Shown one piece after another: positions 9,901-16,578 of a stretch of DNA of 21,484 nucleotides. The notes beneath the pieces were generated by a model that was not told the origin of the DNA, searched no databases, and saw nothing but the letters and a program-made list of their open reading frames with translations. Made by a program: the position numbers and the translations under genes. Origin of the DNA: a virus. Location of the stretch: UHGV virus genome UHGV-0095065. The stretch is one strand, 5' to 3'. Within the stretch, counting starts at the first letter, position 1; every line of letters starts with the position of its first letter.

Positions 9901-10120
9901 AACTCCCCCTGAAAATTATGTAAATACACACCAGTGATGAACAAAAAACAACCAAATTCGACACTAAAAATTTTTATTTTTCTATATATCAATAACTTAC
10001 ACTGGTGGTGATGGTGCCATAAAAATCAAAAAATGCGCCTTTTTCCGCGCCGCCCGCCCCGTGTTCAGACCCACCCCACCAGGAGGACCCGCAAAAATGA
10101 TAATGGTTATCATTTTTAAT
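9901..10120 (-). other. Candidate cos region (cosN-like G-rich element about 10045..10060, IHF consensus TATCAATAACTTA at 9987..9999, perfect 11-bp-arm palindrome 10093..10117)
   Basis: Minus strand reads ACGGGGCGGGCGGCGCGG about 150 nt upstream of the Nu1-like start, reminiscent of the lambda cosN end GGGCGGCGACCT; an exact match to IHF consensus WATCAANNNNTTR lies between it and the terminase start, as in lambda cosB. Confidence 0.35.
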
Positions 10121-10319
10121 GTAGTCCGGTTTCTTCCACCATCGCACCGGACAGGCGACTATGAGGGGACAACGCCGCGCTCCGTTAACGCGGTAAACCC
10201 CGGTGTGTATCGTTTTTGATTATCCCCGCACACTCGCGCAGAGGAGTCTCCCTGTCGGGCTGCGGTCTCTGTTAATGCAGGAATACAGCGACAATACCGC
10301 GCATGGATAATAAGGTCGC

Positions 10320-10544
10320 TCAACACACTGGCTGTAATGCAGCAGATACCATGCGGCATTTAGCGGCATTCATCGTACACTCAACGGTTAGCTCTTCATT
10401 CGTGGCATTCACCTGAAAGGTCCGGGAGTGTAATTGCGTACATTTACCACTGAACGAACCTTCAACAAGAACACGACCACGCTGCAAAATATGGAACGGA
10501 ATTGTTCCCTGAAAAGGCTTTACGGTTACCAGTAATTTCTTCAT
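10320..10544 (-). CDS. Hypothetical protein (74 aa)
   Basis: ATG at 10544 with GGAGAA RBS 3 nt upstream; MKKLLVTVKPFQGTIPFHILQRGRVLVEGSF...; no recognisable domain; lies between Rz and cos. Confidence 0.5.
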   Translation of the reverse strand: MKKLLVTVKPFQGTIPFHILQRGRVLVEGSFSGKCTQLHSRTFQVNATNEELTVECTMNAAKCRMVSAALQPVC

Positions 10545-10567
10545 GCATTCTCCGGATAACAAAAATA

Positions 10568-11053
10568 CTAGTTAATACACTGAGTGCGGATATATTCCTG
10601 CGCCCCTTCCAGCTGCTTCTGCATTGTCATCAACCGTTCTCTGAGGATGAAATAATCCCGTTCAGCGGTGTCTGCCAGTCGGGGGCCGGTTGCATTATCC
10701 ACGCCGGAGGTGCCGGTGGCTTCACGCACGGTACCGTGGCAGGTGGCGTTGATCCGCAGGCGCTTACGACCAGCGGCAACGTCAGCGCGAAGAGTTTCAT
10801 TTTCAGCTCTCGCATCGGCTAATTCCCTCGAGTATTTTGCATCGAGCGCAGCAACATCACGCTGGCGCACCTGCATGTCAGTAATGGTGGCATTCGCCTG
10901 TTCCAGCTCTCTGGCTTTTTTATCGCGCTGCGCTTTGTAGGTGATGGCGTTATCGCGGTAATGATTAACAGCCCATAACAGACAGACGATGATGCAGATA
11001 ACCAGAGCGTAAATAATCGCGGTTACTCTTCTCACTGATCTATCCCCCAACAA
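10568..11053 (-). CDS. Spanin, inner membrane subunit (Rz)
   Basis: 161 aa with N-terminal TM segment ([18 protein letters not shown]) then charged coiled-coil-like region; overlaps the endolysin 3' end; contains embedded Rz1 in +1 frame. Confidence 0.85.
   Translation of the reverse strand: MLGDRSVRRVTAIIYALVICIIVCLLWAVNHYRDNAITYKAQRDKKARELEQANATITDMQVRQRDVAALDAKYSRELADARAENETLRADVAAGRKRLRINATCHGTVREATGTSGVDNATGPRLADTAERDYFILRERLMTMQKQLEGAQEYIRTQCIN
10630..10800 (-). CDS. Spanin, outer membrane lipoprotein subunit (Rz1), embedded within Rz
   Basis: [15 protein letters not shown] lipobox followed by Pro-rich sequence ([16 protein letters not shown]); entirely inside the Rz ORF in another frame. 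Confidence 0.8.
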   Translation of the reverse strand: MKLFALTLPLVVSACGSTPPATVPCVKPPAPPAWIMQPAPDWQTPLNGIISSSENG

Positions 11054-11577
11054 GCTAATGCGCTTTCCTGGTCACGACGAATAACCTGTCCGTAGCAGTT
11101 ATTTGAACGTGTGCGGCAATCACGCCCACCGTCCTTAATCCACCAGCGAATCGACTCACAGGCACCTTTACGATCACCGGCATTAAGCCGCTTATAAAAC
11201 GTCGACGGGAGACACTTACCGGGGCCAATGTTATACGGGCAGAATGACGCAATACCCGCTTTCTGGGGTTCGGTCAGTGGTACTTTGATGTTTTTCTCCA
11301 CCCATGCCAGCGCCTTATCCCGTTCGATAGCGTTAACCCGGTCGCATTTTTCCTTCGACAGCTTCATGCCAGGAATCACAGGCTTACCATCCACCCGGGT
11401 GGCTCCACGGCAGATGGTCCAGATACCCGCACCATCACGGTATGCCGTGGTGTGGTTGCCTTCTTTTTCATCCAGAAACTGGTCGAGGATTTCAGGCGCA
11501 GAAGCACCTGCGGCAATCAGCGCCAGAACGGCAGCCGATAAACCATAGCGGAGTTTCCTGCTCATCAGCTTACTCAC
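11032..11577 (-). CDS. SAR endolysin (phage 21 R-type lysozyme, GH24)
   Basis: 181 aa; N-terminal weakly hydrophobic Gly/Ala-rich SAR segment [19 protein letters not shown], then E...D...T catalytic pattern ([20 protein letters not shown]) typical of T4/P21-type lysozymes. Confidence 0.95.
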   Translation of the reverse strand: MSKLMSRKLRYGLSAAVLALIAAGASAPEILDQFLDEKEGNHTTAYRDGAGIWTICRGATRVDGKPVIPGMKLSKEKCDRVNAIERDKALAWVEKNIKVPLTEPQKAGIASFCPYNIGPGKCLPSTFYKRLNAGDRKGACESIRWWIKDGGRDCRTRSNNCYGQVIRRDQESALACWGIDQ

Positions 11578-11785
11578 CCCGTGCCGTCTTACGCCGGTCC
11601 TCTCTGATTTTGAAATACAGGTTCGTCAGATATGTCAGCAGACCAAACAGCAGACTCCCCAGCACGCCTATTGCCGCCCACTGAGACGGGGAAACCCTGT
11701 CCAGCAACTGCAGGAACCAGTAGCCCGTTCCCACCGCTGACGTGGTGTATGACACACCTGTTGTGATTTTTTCCATCTGGTACAT
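11570..11785 (-). CDS. Pinholin (phage 21 S-type holin) with dual-start motif
   Basis: 71 aa [71 protein letters not shown]; two Met codons (M1, M4) give the holin/antiholin dual start; GGAG RBS; overlaps endolysin start. Confidence 0.9.
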   Translation of the reverse strand: MYQMEKITTGVSYTTSAVGTGYWFLQLLDRVSPSQWAAIGVLGSLLFGLLTYLTNLYFKIREDRRKTARGE

Positions 11786-11817
11786 ACCCCGTCTCCCGCA
11801 ATCCGGAAGCTCACAAC

Positions 11818-11850
11818 AATAAAAAAGACCACCGGCACACACCGATGGTC
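11818..11850 (-). terminator. Intrinsic terminator immediately upstream of the lysis cassette
   Basis: Minus-strand RNA forms a 9-bp stem (one G-U pair) with 6-nt loop followed by UUUUUUAUU; on the plus strand the same pair is a C-A mismatch, so the element is strand-specific. Confidence 0.6.
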
Positions 11851-11862
11851 CCTGACGCATGC

Positions 11863-12108
11863 TTACATCATCATGTCGCTGTCAGGTGTGGGGTCACCGC
11901 TATCTGAAGCACTCCCCTCACCCGCGATGCCTTCCGGCTCCGGAGCTGCCGGTGCGCCCAGCAGTTCATCCAGAATGGCATCCACTTCTGCATCAAGACG
12001 CGCTTCCAGGTTATGGCGGAGTTTCTGTTTCAGTGCGCTCAGGACTTCTTCAGAGCGCAGGACGTCCTTCACTGCTTCAGCAGTGACCAGGGATGTAATT
12101 TCTGACAT
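11863..12108 (-). CDS. Hypothetical acidic protein (81 aa)
   Basis: Start chosen at internal ATG ([37 protein letters not shown]...DSDMMM); the track ORF extends upstream to a GTG at 12282 but overlaps the small membrane ORF; predicted helical, very acidic C-terminus. Confidence 0.45.
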   Translation of the reverse strand: MSEITSLVTAEAVKDVLRSEEVLSALKQKLRHNLEARLDAEVDAILDELLGAPAAPEPEGIAGEGSASDSGDPTPDSDMMM

Positions 12109-12148
12109 GGGATTTTCTCGTCGAAAGATGTGATTAAGAAAGTTGCCG

Positions 12149-12328
12149 CTAAATGAGCGGCTCTTCGGGTTTGCTTCCGGCTGACTGACTGGCGCTGATT
12201 TTCTCAGCGGCCCTTTTGTCAATCTGTCTGCGCCAGAAGTCACGCATGGCCCGGTATCCGCCCGAAAGGAGATACAGCACACAGACCACCGTACAGAAGT
12301 ACAGCATTAACTGGTTCAGAAATGTCAT
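12149..12328 (-). CDS. Hypothetical small membrane protein (59 aa), below the ORF-track cutoff
   Basis: ATG at 12328; MTFLNQLMLYFCTVVCVLYLLSGGYRAMRDFWRRQIDKRAAEKISASQSAGSKPEEPLI: one TM helix plus a basic tail; weak RBS GGTGAG. Confidence 0.35.
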   Translation of the reverse strand: MTFLNQLMLYFCTVVCVLYLLSGGYRAMRDFWRRQIDKRAAEKISASQSAGSKPEEPLI

Positions 12329-12478
12329 GGTTTCTCACCGTGATAGTTGACATGATTTACTTATTTTTGTAGAAAATGTCGCAAACTTCGGTGTCATAAT
12401 GGTCGTTTTACCAGCCGCCAGCATTCATGTAGTGAACACAGTTCATCCCTTTCCTTCATTGCTGGCGGCTTTTTTTTA

Positions 12479-14425
12479 TCATGCCGCGGCGTCCGCGTTA
12501 TTCACTTCCACCGTAATGCTGTCTATCAGTACCGGGTAAGTCGCACCTTTGGTAATGTCTGTCACATGCAGTTTATCCGCCGCAAAGGCACTGACCGGTG
12601 ACTGCGTCAGCGTGAACGGTGTGCCATCCTGACCATCAAGAACCGGCGTCACCTGAAGGCTGTTATTCCCGGCAAAGCGGAAGGCCAGCGTATGCCATTC
12701 GTTATCAAATGCGCCAAAGCTTCCCAGCTTCAGGTTGTTTGTCGCCACTTTCGCATTGTGGTACATCACATTCAGGTCTTTTGCATCCGTCTGGATGTAG
12801 AACGCTGCCAGCAGGTTATTCCCCCCATCGCCGGTCAGGGCAACGCCCTGTGGCAGTGAAGATACCGGCCAGTAAAACGCCATAACATACTGGTTCGCCG
12901 CCAGCGCTCCCGAAGCCTTAAAGCGGCAGCGAATCTGCCCCCCTTTCTGTAACAGAGCCGCGCCGTTGCCCGCAGCGTACTCCAGCACCCAGGTGCTTTT
13001 ACCGGCTTCCTTGGTCAGCTTCACAGCCTTACCTCCGGTTCCCTCCGCATCGCTGACCACTTCTGCCCTGCCGCCACTGGCTGACCATCCCTGTGCTTTC
13101 AGGCTTCCCTCTGACTCGCTGGCAAGGTAAGAGAGCAGTGTTGTGACGCCTGTGACTTCTGCACCGGAAGGCGATGACGGGCGCACTTCTGATACTGTCG
13201 ATGATGCCCCCGCGTTTAGCGCCACTCTTCCCGCATGGCGCAGAATCGCCGTTGCCAGACGGTCGGAAATAATCGCGCGGCGAGCCCATGAACTGAAATG
13301 GCTCTCCCTGTCCTGTGACGTCCAGGTGGCTGAGCTGTCACGCCATTTCGAACCGTAATACCCGATACCCGGAATGTCCGGGTCTTCTTCCGGTTTGTTC
13401 GTCGGCACATTCACCCCGTTCTCATCCGTCATGAACGGTACGAAATGGATATTCTTTTCCGTTTTGTTTTTATAGCTGCCGTACACCGTCTGGTACGTGG
13501 ATTCGTTCTTCTGCTTCCAGAAATACGTCGTGTCCCCGCATATCCAGGGAACACCGCCAGCAGAGCCACCAACGCACTGGCCTGCCATATCCGTCAGGTC
13601 TGCACGGAATTTATCAACCAGCGCACCAAACTGTGCTGCGTGATTTCCGGGCGTGCCGCCAAAATCAAATTCCCCCTGCATCCACACCACGGCAAACAGC
13701 ACATTTTTCGGGTTCTTCTTCAGTGCTGCTTTTGTTCGACCGATAAGGTCCTTATACAGCGGCTTGTCCACACCCCAGCGGGTTGAATTCTCCGAGGCAC
13801 CACTCGCATCACTGTATGTGCCATCGGCTCCGGTGGTGAACGCAGAGCCACCACGGCAGCAAGGTACCAGCAGAATGCCCGCATTCGCCGGTATAAACGG
13901 CAGCAGTTTTTTGGCGATATGCAGCCCCTGCCCCACGGTTCCGTACTGCCCCTTTGACAGATCCGCTTTCGGATGGTTAAGGCGGCTCATGTCCTGCACA
14001 TCATGCAGACAATGGTCCGCCGGAATGATGTCGTTATATCTGCATGCTGCACCACCCGGTGTCACCGTACTGCGACGCGCCAACTGCTTAATACGCGGCT
14101 CCGGACGGTCATATGTCTCCGGCAGCGGAAGACCTTCACCATACGACATGCCGTTTGACTGCCCTGCCAGAACCACAACAAAGTAATACTCCGGGTCGCT
14201 GGTGGCACTGATTACTGCACCTTCTCCACCTGTCGGCTTCACCACAACAGGTGTGCTCACATCACCTTCTGCGACAATCGCCTGAATAAGTGCTGCGCCA
14301 TCATCCGTATACGAAGAAAACGGCCCACCGTATGGTTGCCATCCTTCACGAATTTTTTGCGCAAGTGCATCAGCAAGGTCTGACGGCGATGCCGTCCTGA
14401 CCACATCGTAATGTTTAAATGTCAT
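12479..14425 (-). CDS. nanS-p: Prophage sialate O-acetylesterase (NanS-p-like; SGNH/SASA domain)
   Basis: 648 aa; RBS GGGAGGA; internal VVVLAGQSNGMSYGEG contains the GQSN(M) SGNH-hydrolase motif; size and position (downstream of the stx-equivalent locus, upstream of lysis genes) match the NanS-p esterases of Stx prophages. Confidence 0.8.
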   Translation of the reverse strand: MTFKHYDVVRTASPSDLADALAQKIREGWQPYGGPFSSYTDDGAALIQAIVAEGDVSTPVVVKPTGGEGAVISATSDPEYYFVVVLAGQSNGMSYGEGLPLPETYDRPEPRIKQLARRSTVTPGGAACRYNDIIPADHCLHDVQDMSRLNHPKADLSKGQYGTVGQGLHIAKKLLPFIPANAGILLVPCCRGGSAFTTGADGTYSDASGASENSTRWGVDKPLYKDLIGRTKAALKKNPKNVLFAVVWMQGEFDFGGTPGNHAAQFGALVDKFRADLTDMAGQCVGGSAGGVPWICGDTTYFWKQKNESTYQTVYGSYKNKTEKNIHFVPFMTDENGVNVPTNKPEEDPDIPGIGYYGSKWRDSSATWTSQDRESHFSSWARRAIISDRLATAILRHAGRVALNAGASSTVSEVRPSSPSGAEVTGVTTLLSYLASESEGSLKAQGWSASGGRAEVVSDAEGTGGKAVKLTKEAGKSTWVLEYAAGNGAALLQKGGQIRCRFKASGALAANQYVMAFYWPVSSLPQGVALTGDGGNNLLAAFYIQTDAKDLNVMYHNAKVATNNLKLGSFGAFDNEWHTLAFRFAGNNSLQVTPVLDGQDGTPFTLTQSPVSAFAADKLHVTDITKGATYPVLIDSITVEVNNADAAA

Positions 14426-14619
14426 GAATCCTCCCGGCCGGGATAGTGTACTGAATCAGATAAAGAGCGGGCTGAAGTCCGGAAGTTACAGGACAATGGC
14501 AGAAGGGAGACTTACAGCCCGCAATTCGAAAAAGGCCGCGCAGTTGCGCAGAGTGATTACCATGGGGTATTATTCGCCAGCTGAAATATTACTTCACGTT
14601 TTGTTGTTTATTCCTTGCC

Positions 14620-14648
14620 GCCCGCGTCTCCCAGCGCGGGCTTTTTTT
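14620..14648 (+). terminator. Intrinsic terminator, plus-strand orientation
   Basis: GCCCGCG-TCTCCCAG-CGCGGGC followed by TTTTTTT on the plus strand. Confidence 0.55.
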
Positions 14649-14652
14649 GCCC

Positions 14653-14679
14653 ATAAAAAAAGCCCCTCCGGAGAGGGGC
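14653..14679 (-). terminator. Intrinsic terminator, minus-strand orientation
   Basis: Minus-strand GCCCCTC-UCCG-GAGGGGC (perfect 7-bp GC-rich stem) followed by UUUUUUUAU; lies about 400 nt downstream of the TerB-like gene and about 230 nt upstream of nanS-p. Confidence 0.7.
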
Positions 14680-15075
14680 TTCGCTACGTGTCTGTTAGCC
14701 ATATGCATGGTGCCGGGTGCCTCCCGGTGAGTTCAGTATCAGCACCTGAACCCGCACAGAAAGGATAGAGTAGAAACACCTGCGCTGATATGCCCCTCCG
14801 CTCAGGGGGATTCACCATGCCAGTTTCTTTTAACAAACTCCCCGCAAACCAGACAACTGTCAACCGTCTGAATTGTGAGACATTTAAAATTTTCAGGGCA
14901 TGACTGATACCCGGCTAACTACCTGACATCTCCTTTTTCACCAAAGGAAAAAGCACCACCACAATACCGACCACCAGCACTCCATCCGCCAGCACCGACA
15001 TGATCCTGCTGGTGAAGTCCACCATCACCACCAGAAACAGCAGGAGTGCCACAGCGGCCAGACGCAGTTTTACCG

Positions 15076-15507
15076 TCACAGGTGGTTCTCCAGTCGCAGG
15101 CCAAGAACACCGGCGATCTCTTCCAGAACCTTACGCTCTTCCGGCTCAATTTCACCATCTGCTTCAGCAATGGCCACCGCCACATCCAGCACATCTTCCG
15201 CTTCACGCGTATCGTGTTTCACATCTTCAATTTCACGCAACGCCGCTCGACGACCAATTTTAAAGTTGGTGTCAAGCTGACCTGTGATCGTGGCACTGAT
15301 GGCATTAATTTCTGACGTAAACGCGGACAACGCAGGCTGGTTACGCAAGACCTGCTCGATCTTCGCTTTCTCTGAAGCCTCACATTCACCATCTGCATAG
15401 GCCACCAGATAGGCAGCATTAATAACCGCCTGTGCCAGATCACGTTTCTCAAACTTTTTAATTTCCGCTGCTGCTCTGCGGGTTTTCTTTTTGAAAATAC
15501 CAAACAT
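15076..15507 (-). CDS. TerB-like (tellurite-resistance TerB domain) protein
   Basis: Start at ATG 15507 (AGGAA 7 nt upstream): MFGIFKKKTRRAAAEIKK...AAYLVAYADGECEASEKAKIEQVL...DVAVAIAEADGEIEPEERKVLEEIAGVLGL; repeated ADG-E helix pattern typical of TerB fold. The track ORF start at 15579 is probably too far upstream. Confidence 0.65.
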   Translation of the reverse strand: MFGIFKKKTRRAAAEIKKFEKRDLAQAVINAAYLVAYADGECEASEKAKIEQVLRNQPALSAFTSEINAISATITGQLDTNFKIGRRAALREIEDVKHDTREAEDVLDVAVAIAEADGEIEPEERKVLEEIAGVLGLRLENHL

Positions 15508-15637
15508 CGTGACGTTCCTTTGGGTGGGTGAGCCAACGCCCGGGAGCGATCTGCCCACAGAGAAAGTCACACTGACCACTCCGTAAGCTCACCCCCGAAA
15601 GGCTCTGTGGTTGATATGCGCCGGGCGTGGCGCGGAT

Positions 15638-15663
15638 ACAAAAAAGACCCGCAAAAGCGAGCC
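15638..15663 (-). repeat. 26-bp direct repeat copy A (terminator-like), downstream of the moron gene
   Basis: ACAAAAAAGACCCGCAAAAGCGAGCC; 24/26 identical to copy B; on minus-strand RNA forms GCUCGC-UUUU-GCGGGU (with G-U pairs) followed by CUUUUUUGU. Confidence 0.55.
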
Positions 15664-15683
15664 ATAACATCAAAAAATAACTA

Positions 15684-16205
15684 TTATCCTGAGAACTTCT
15701 GATCCGCAATGAAGCGAATCATCATGCTCTTAATATATTCAGACGCTTCTACGTATCGTTCAGCCTCTTCACCTTTGGAAACATATAACTCAGCTCGTTT
15801 ATCACTTCTGAAGTTGGAAAGCGACATCCCTATTTTTATAAGGTCATCGCAATACTCCATAGTTATATATGCTGGCACAAACATATTTCCCGTCGGAGTT
15901 TCATTAATTAATGTACATATTCTGAACTCAATCACACCATCCTTATTCATCCCAAGACATGAGGGTGAACATTCCTCATACCTTCCGCTCTCGGTCATCC
16001 GCTCGATCCTGACCAATCGCTCCATATCCAGCGCAGAGCTTTCACCACTAAGCGAACACGCATAACACTTCTTCAGAAGTTTAACTTCCCGCCTCAGGGA
16101 ATCATGAACACGCGCGTTATGCCTTCTCATCTCATCATATGCATGTTGAATATCACTATACGTAATCACCGAACGGACCTCCGGAAGCGACTGAAAAATA
16201 AACAT
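15684..16205 (-). CDS. Hypothetical protein, AT-rich moron (174 aa); CxxC...CxxxC cysteine pattern; function unknown
   Basis: Start ATG 16205 with strong SD GGAAGGAGGT; MFIFQSLPEVRSVITYSDIQ...KKCYACSLSG...EECSPSCLG...; coding region visibly AT-rich compared with its GC-richer flanks (judged by eye); occupies the position where Stx phages carry stxAB. Confidence 0.75.
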   Translation of the reverse strand: MFIFQSLPEVRSVITYSDIQHAYDEMRRHNARVHDSLRREVKLLKKCYACSLSGESSALDMERLVRIERMTESGRYEECSPSCLGMNKDGVIEFRICTLINETPTGNMFVPAYITMEYCDDLIKIGMSLSNFRSDKRAELYVSKGEEAERYVEASEYIKSMMIRFIADQKFSG

Positions 16206-16246
16206 TCTATACCTCCTTCCAGAAAGAGTCATGTCCTGGTCACGAC

Positions 16247-16272
16247 ACAAAAAAATCCCGCAAAAGCGAGCC
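16247..16272 (-). repeat. 26-bp direct repeat copy B (terminator-like), between tRNA-Arg(UCU) and the moron gene
   Basis: ACAAAAAAATCCCGCAAAAGCGAGCC; same hairpin plus U-tract on minus-strand RNA as copy A. Confidence 0.55.
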
Positions 16273-16286
16273 CGGGAAAATAAGTG

Positions 16287-16363
16287 TGGCGCGTTGTACT
16301 GGATTCGAACCAGTGACCGATTGCTTAGAAGGCAATTGCTCTGTCCGGCTGAGCTAACAACGC
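16287..16363 (-). tRNA. argO: tRNA-Arg (anticodon UCU), argO-like
   Basis: Minus-strand GCGTTGTTAGCTCAGCCGGACAGAGCAATTGCCTTCTAAGCAATCGGTCACTGGTTCGAATCCAGTACAACGCGCCA; cloverleaf with T-loop GGTTCGAATCC, anticodon loop CTTCTAA, encoded CCA. Confidence 0.9.
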
Positions 16364-16376
16364 TGAATACCGATAA

Positions 16377-16453
16377 TGGACCGCCATCGAGGACTCGAAC
16401 CCCGCGCAGCCAGCTTCGAAGGCTGGCGCTCTATCCCGATGAGCTAATGGCGG
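16377..16453 (-). tRNA. argN: tRNA-Arg (anticodon UCG), argN-like
   Basis: Minus-strand CCGCCATTAGCTCATCGGGATAGAGCGCCAGCCTTCGAAGCTGGCTGCGCGGGGTTCGAGTCCTCGATGGCGGTCCA; anticodon loop CTTCGAA; full 7-bp acceptor stem (C1-G72). Confidence 0.85.
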
Positions 16454-16462
16454 TATGTGATA

Positions 16463-16538
16463 TGGTGGCCCTTGCTGGATTTGAACCAGCGACCTGGCGA
16501 TTATGAGTCGCTCGCTCTCACCACTGAGCTAAAGGGCC
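16463..16538 (-). tRNA. ileZ: tRNA-Ile2 (anticodon CAU, lysidine type; Met by anticodon alone), ileZ-like
   Basis: Minus-strand GGCCCTTTAGCTCAGTGGTGAGAGCGAGCGACTCATAATCGCCAGGTCGCTGGTTCAAATCCAGCAAGGGCCACCA; very similar to E. coli ileX/ileY tRNA as recalled. Confidence 0.85.
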
Positions 16539-16578
16539 GGGCGCAGGATAATAACGGTACGTAACTAATCCTGCAATA

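Noticed and set aside
10159-10359. Minus-strand ORF of 66 aa in the region between the 74-aa gene and cos
   Set aside because: No RBS, Cys/Arg-rich translation, overlaps the start of the better-supported 74-aa gene and the candidate cos-proximal region.
14424-14768. Plus-strand ORF of 114 aa
   Set aside because: It reads straight through both intrinsic terminator hairpins (14620..14679) and has no convincing RBS; more likely non-coding, though a short plus-strand transcript is kept as a hypothesis in the findings.
14919-15206. Minus-strand ORF of 95 aa overlapping the 3' end of the TerB-like gene
   Set aside because: Out of frame with the TerB-like gene, which has the better RBS and a recognisable domain; Trp/Arg/Cys-rich translation looks non-genic.
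15076-16286. Shiga toxin genes stxA/stxB, expected from the Stx-phage-like context
   Set aside because: No ORF of about 319 aa with an N-glycosidase signature and no roughly 89-aa B subunit with a signal peptide is present; the slot is occupied by the 174-aa moron and the TerB-like gene instead.
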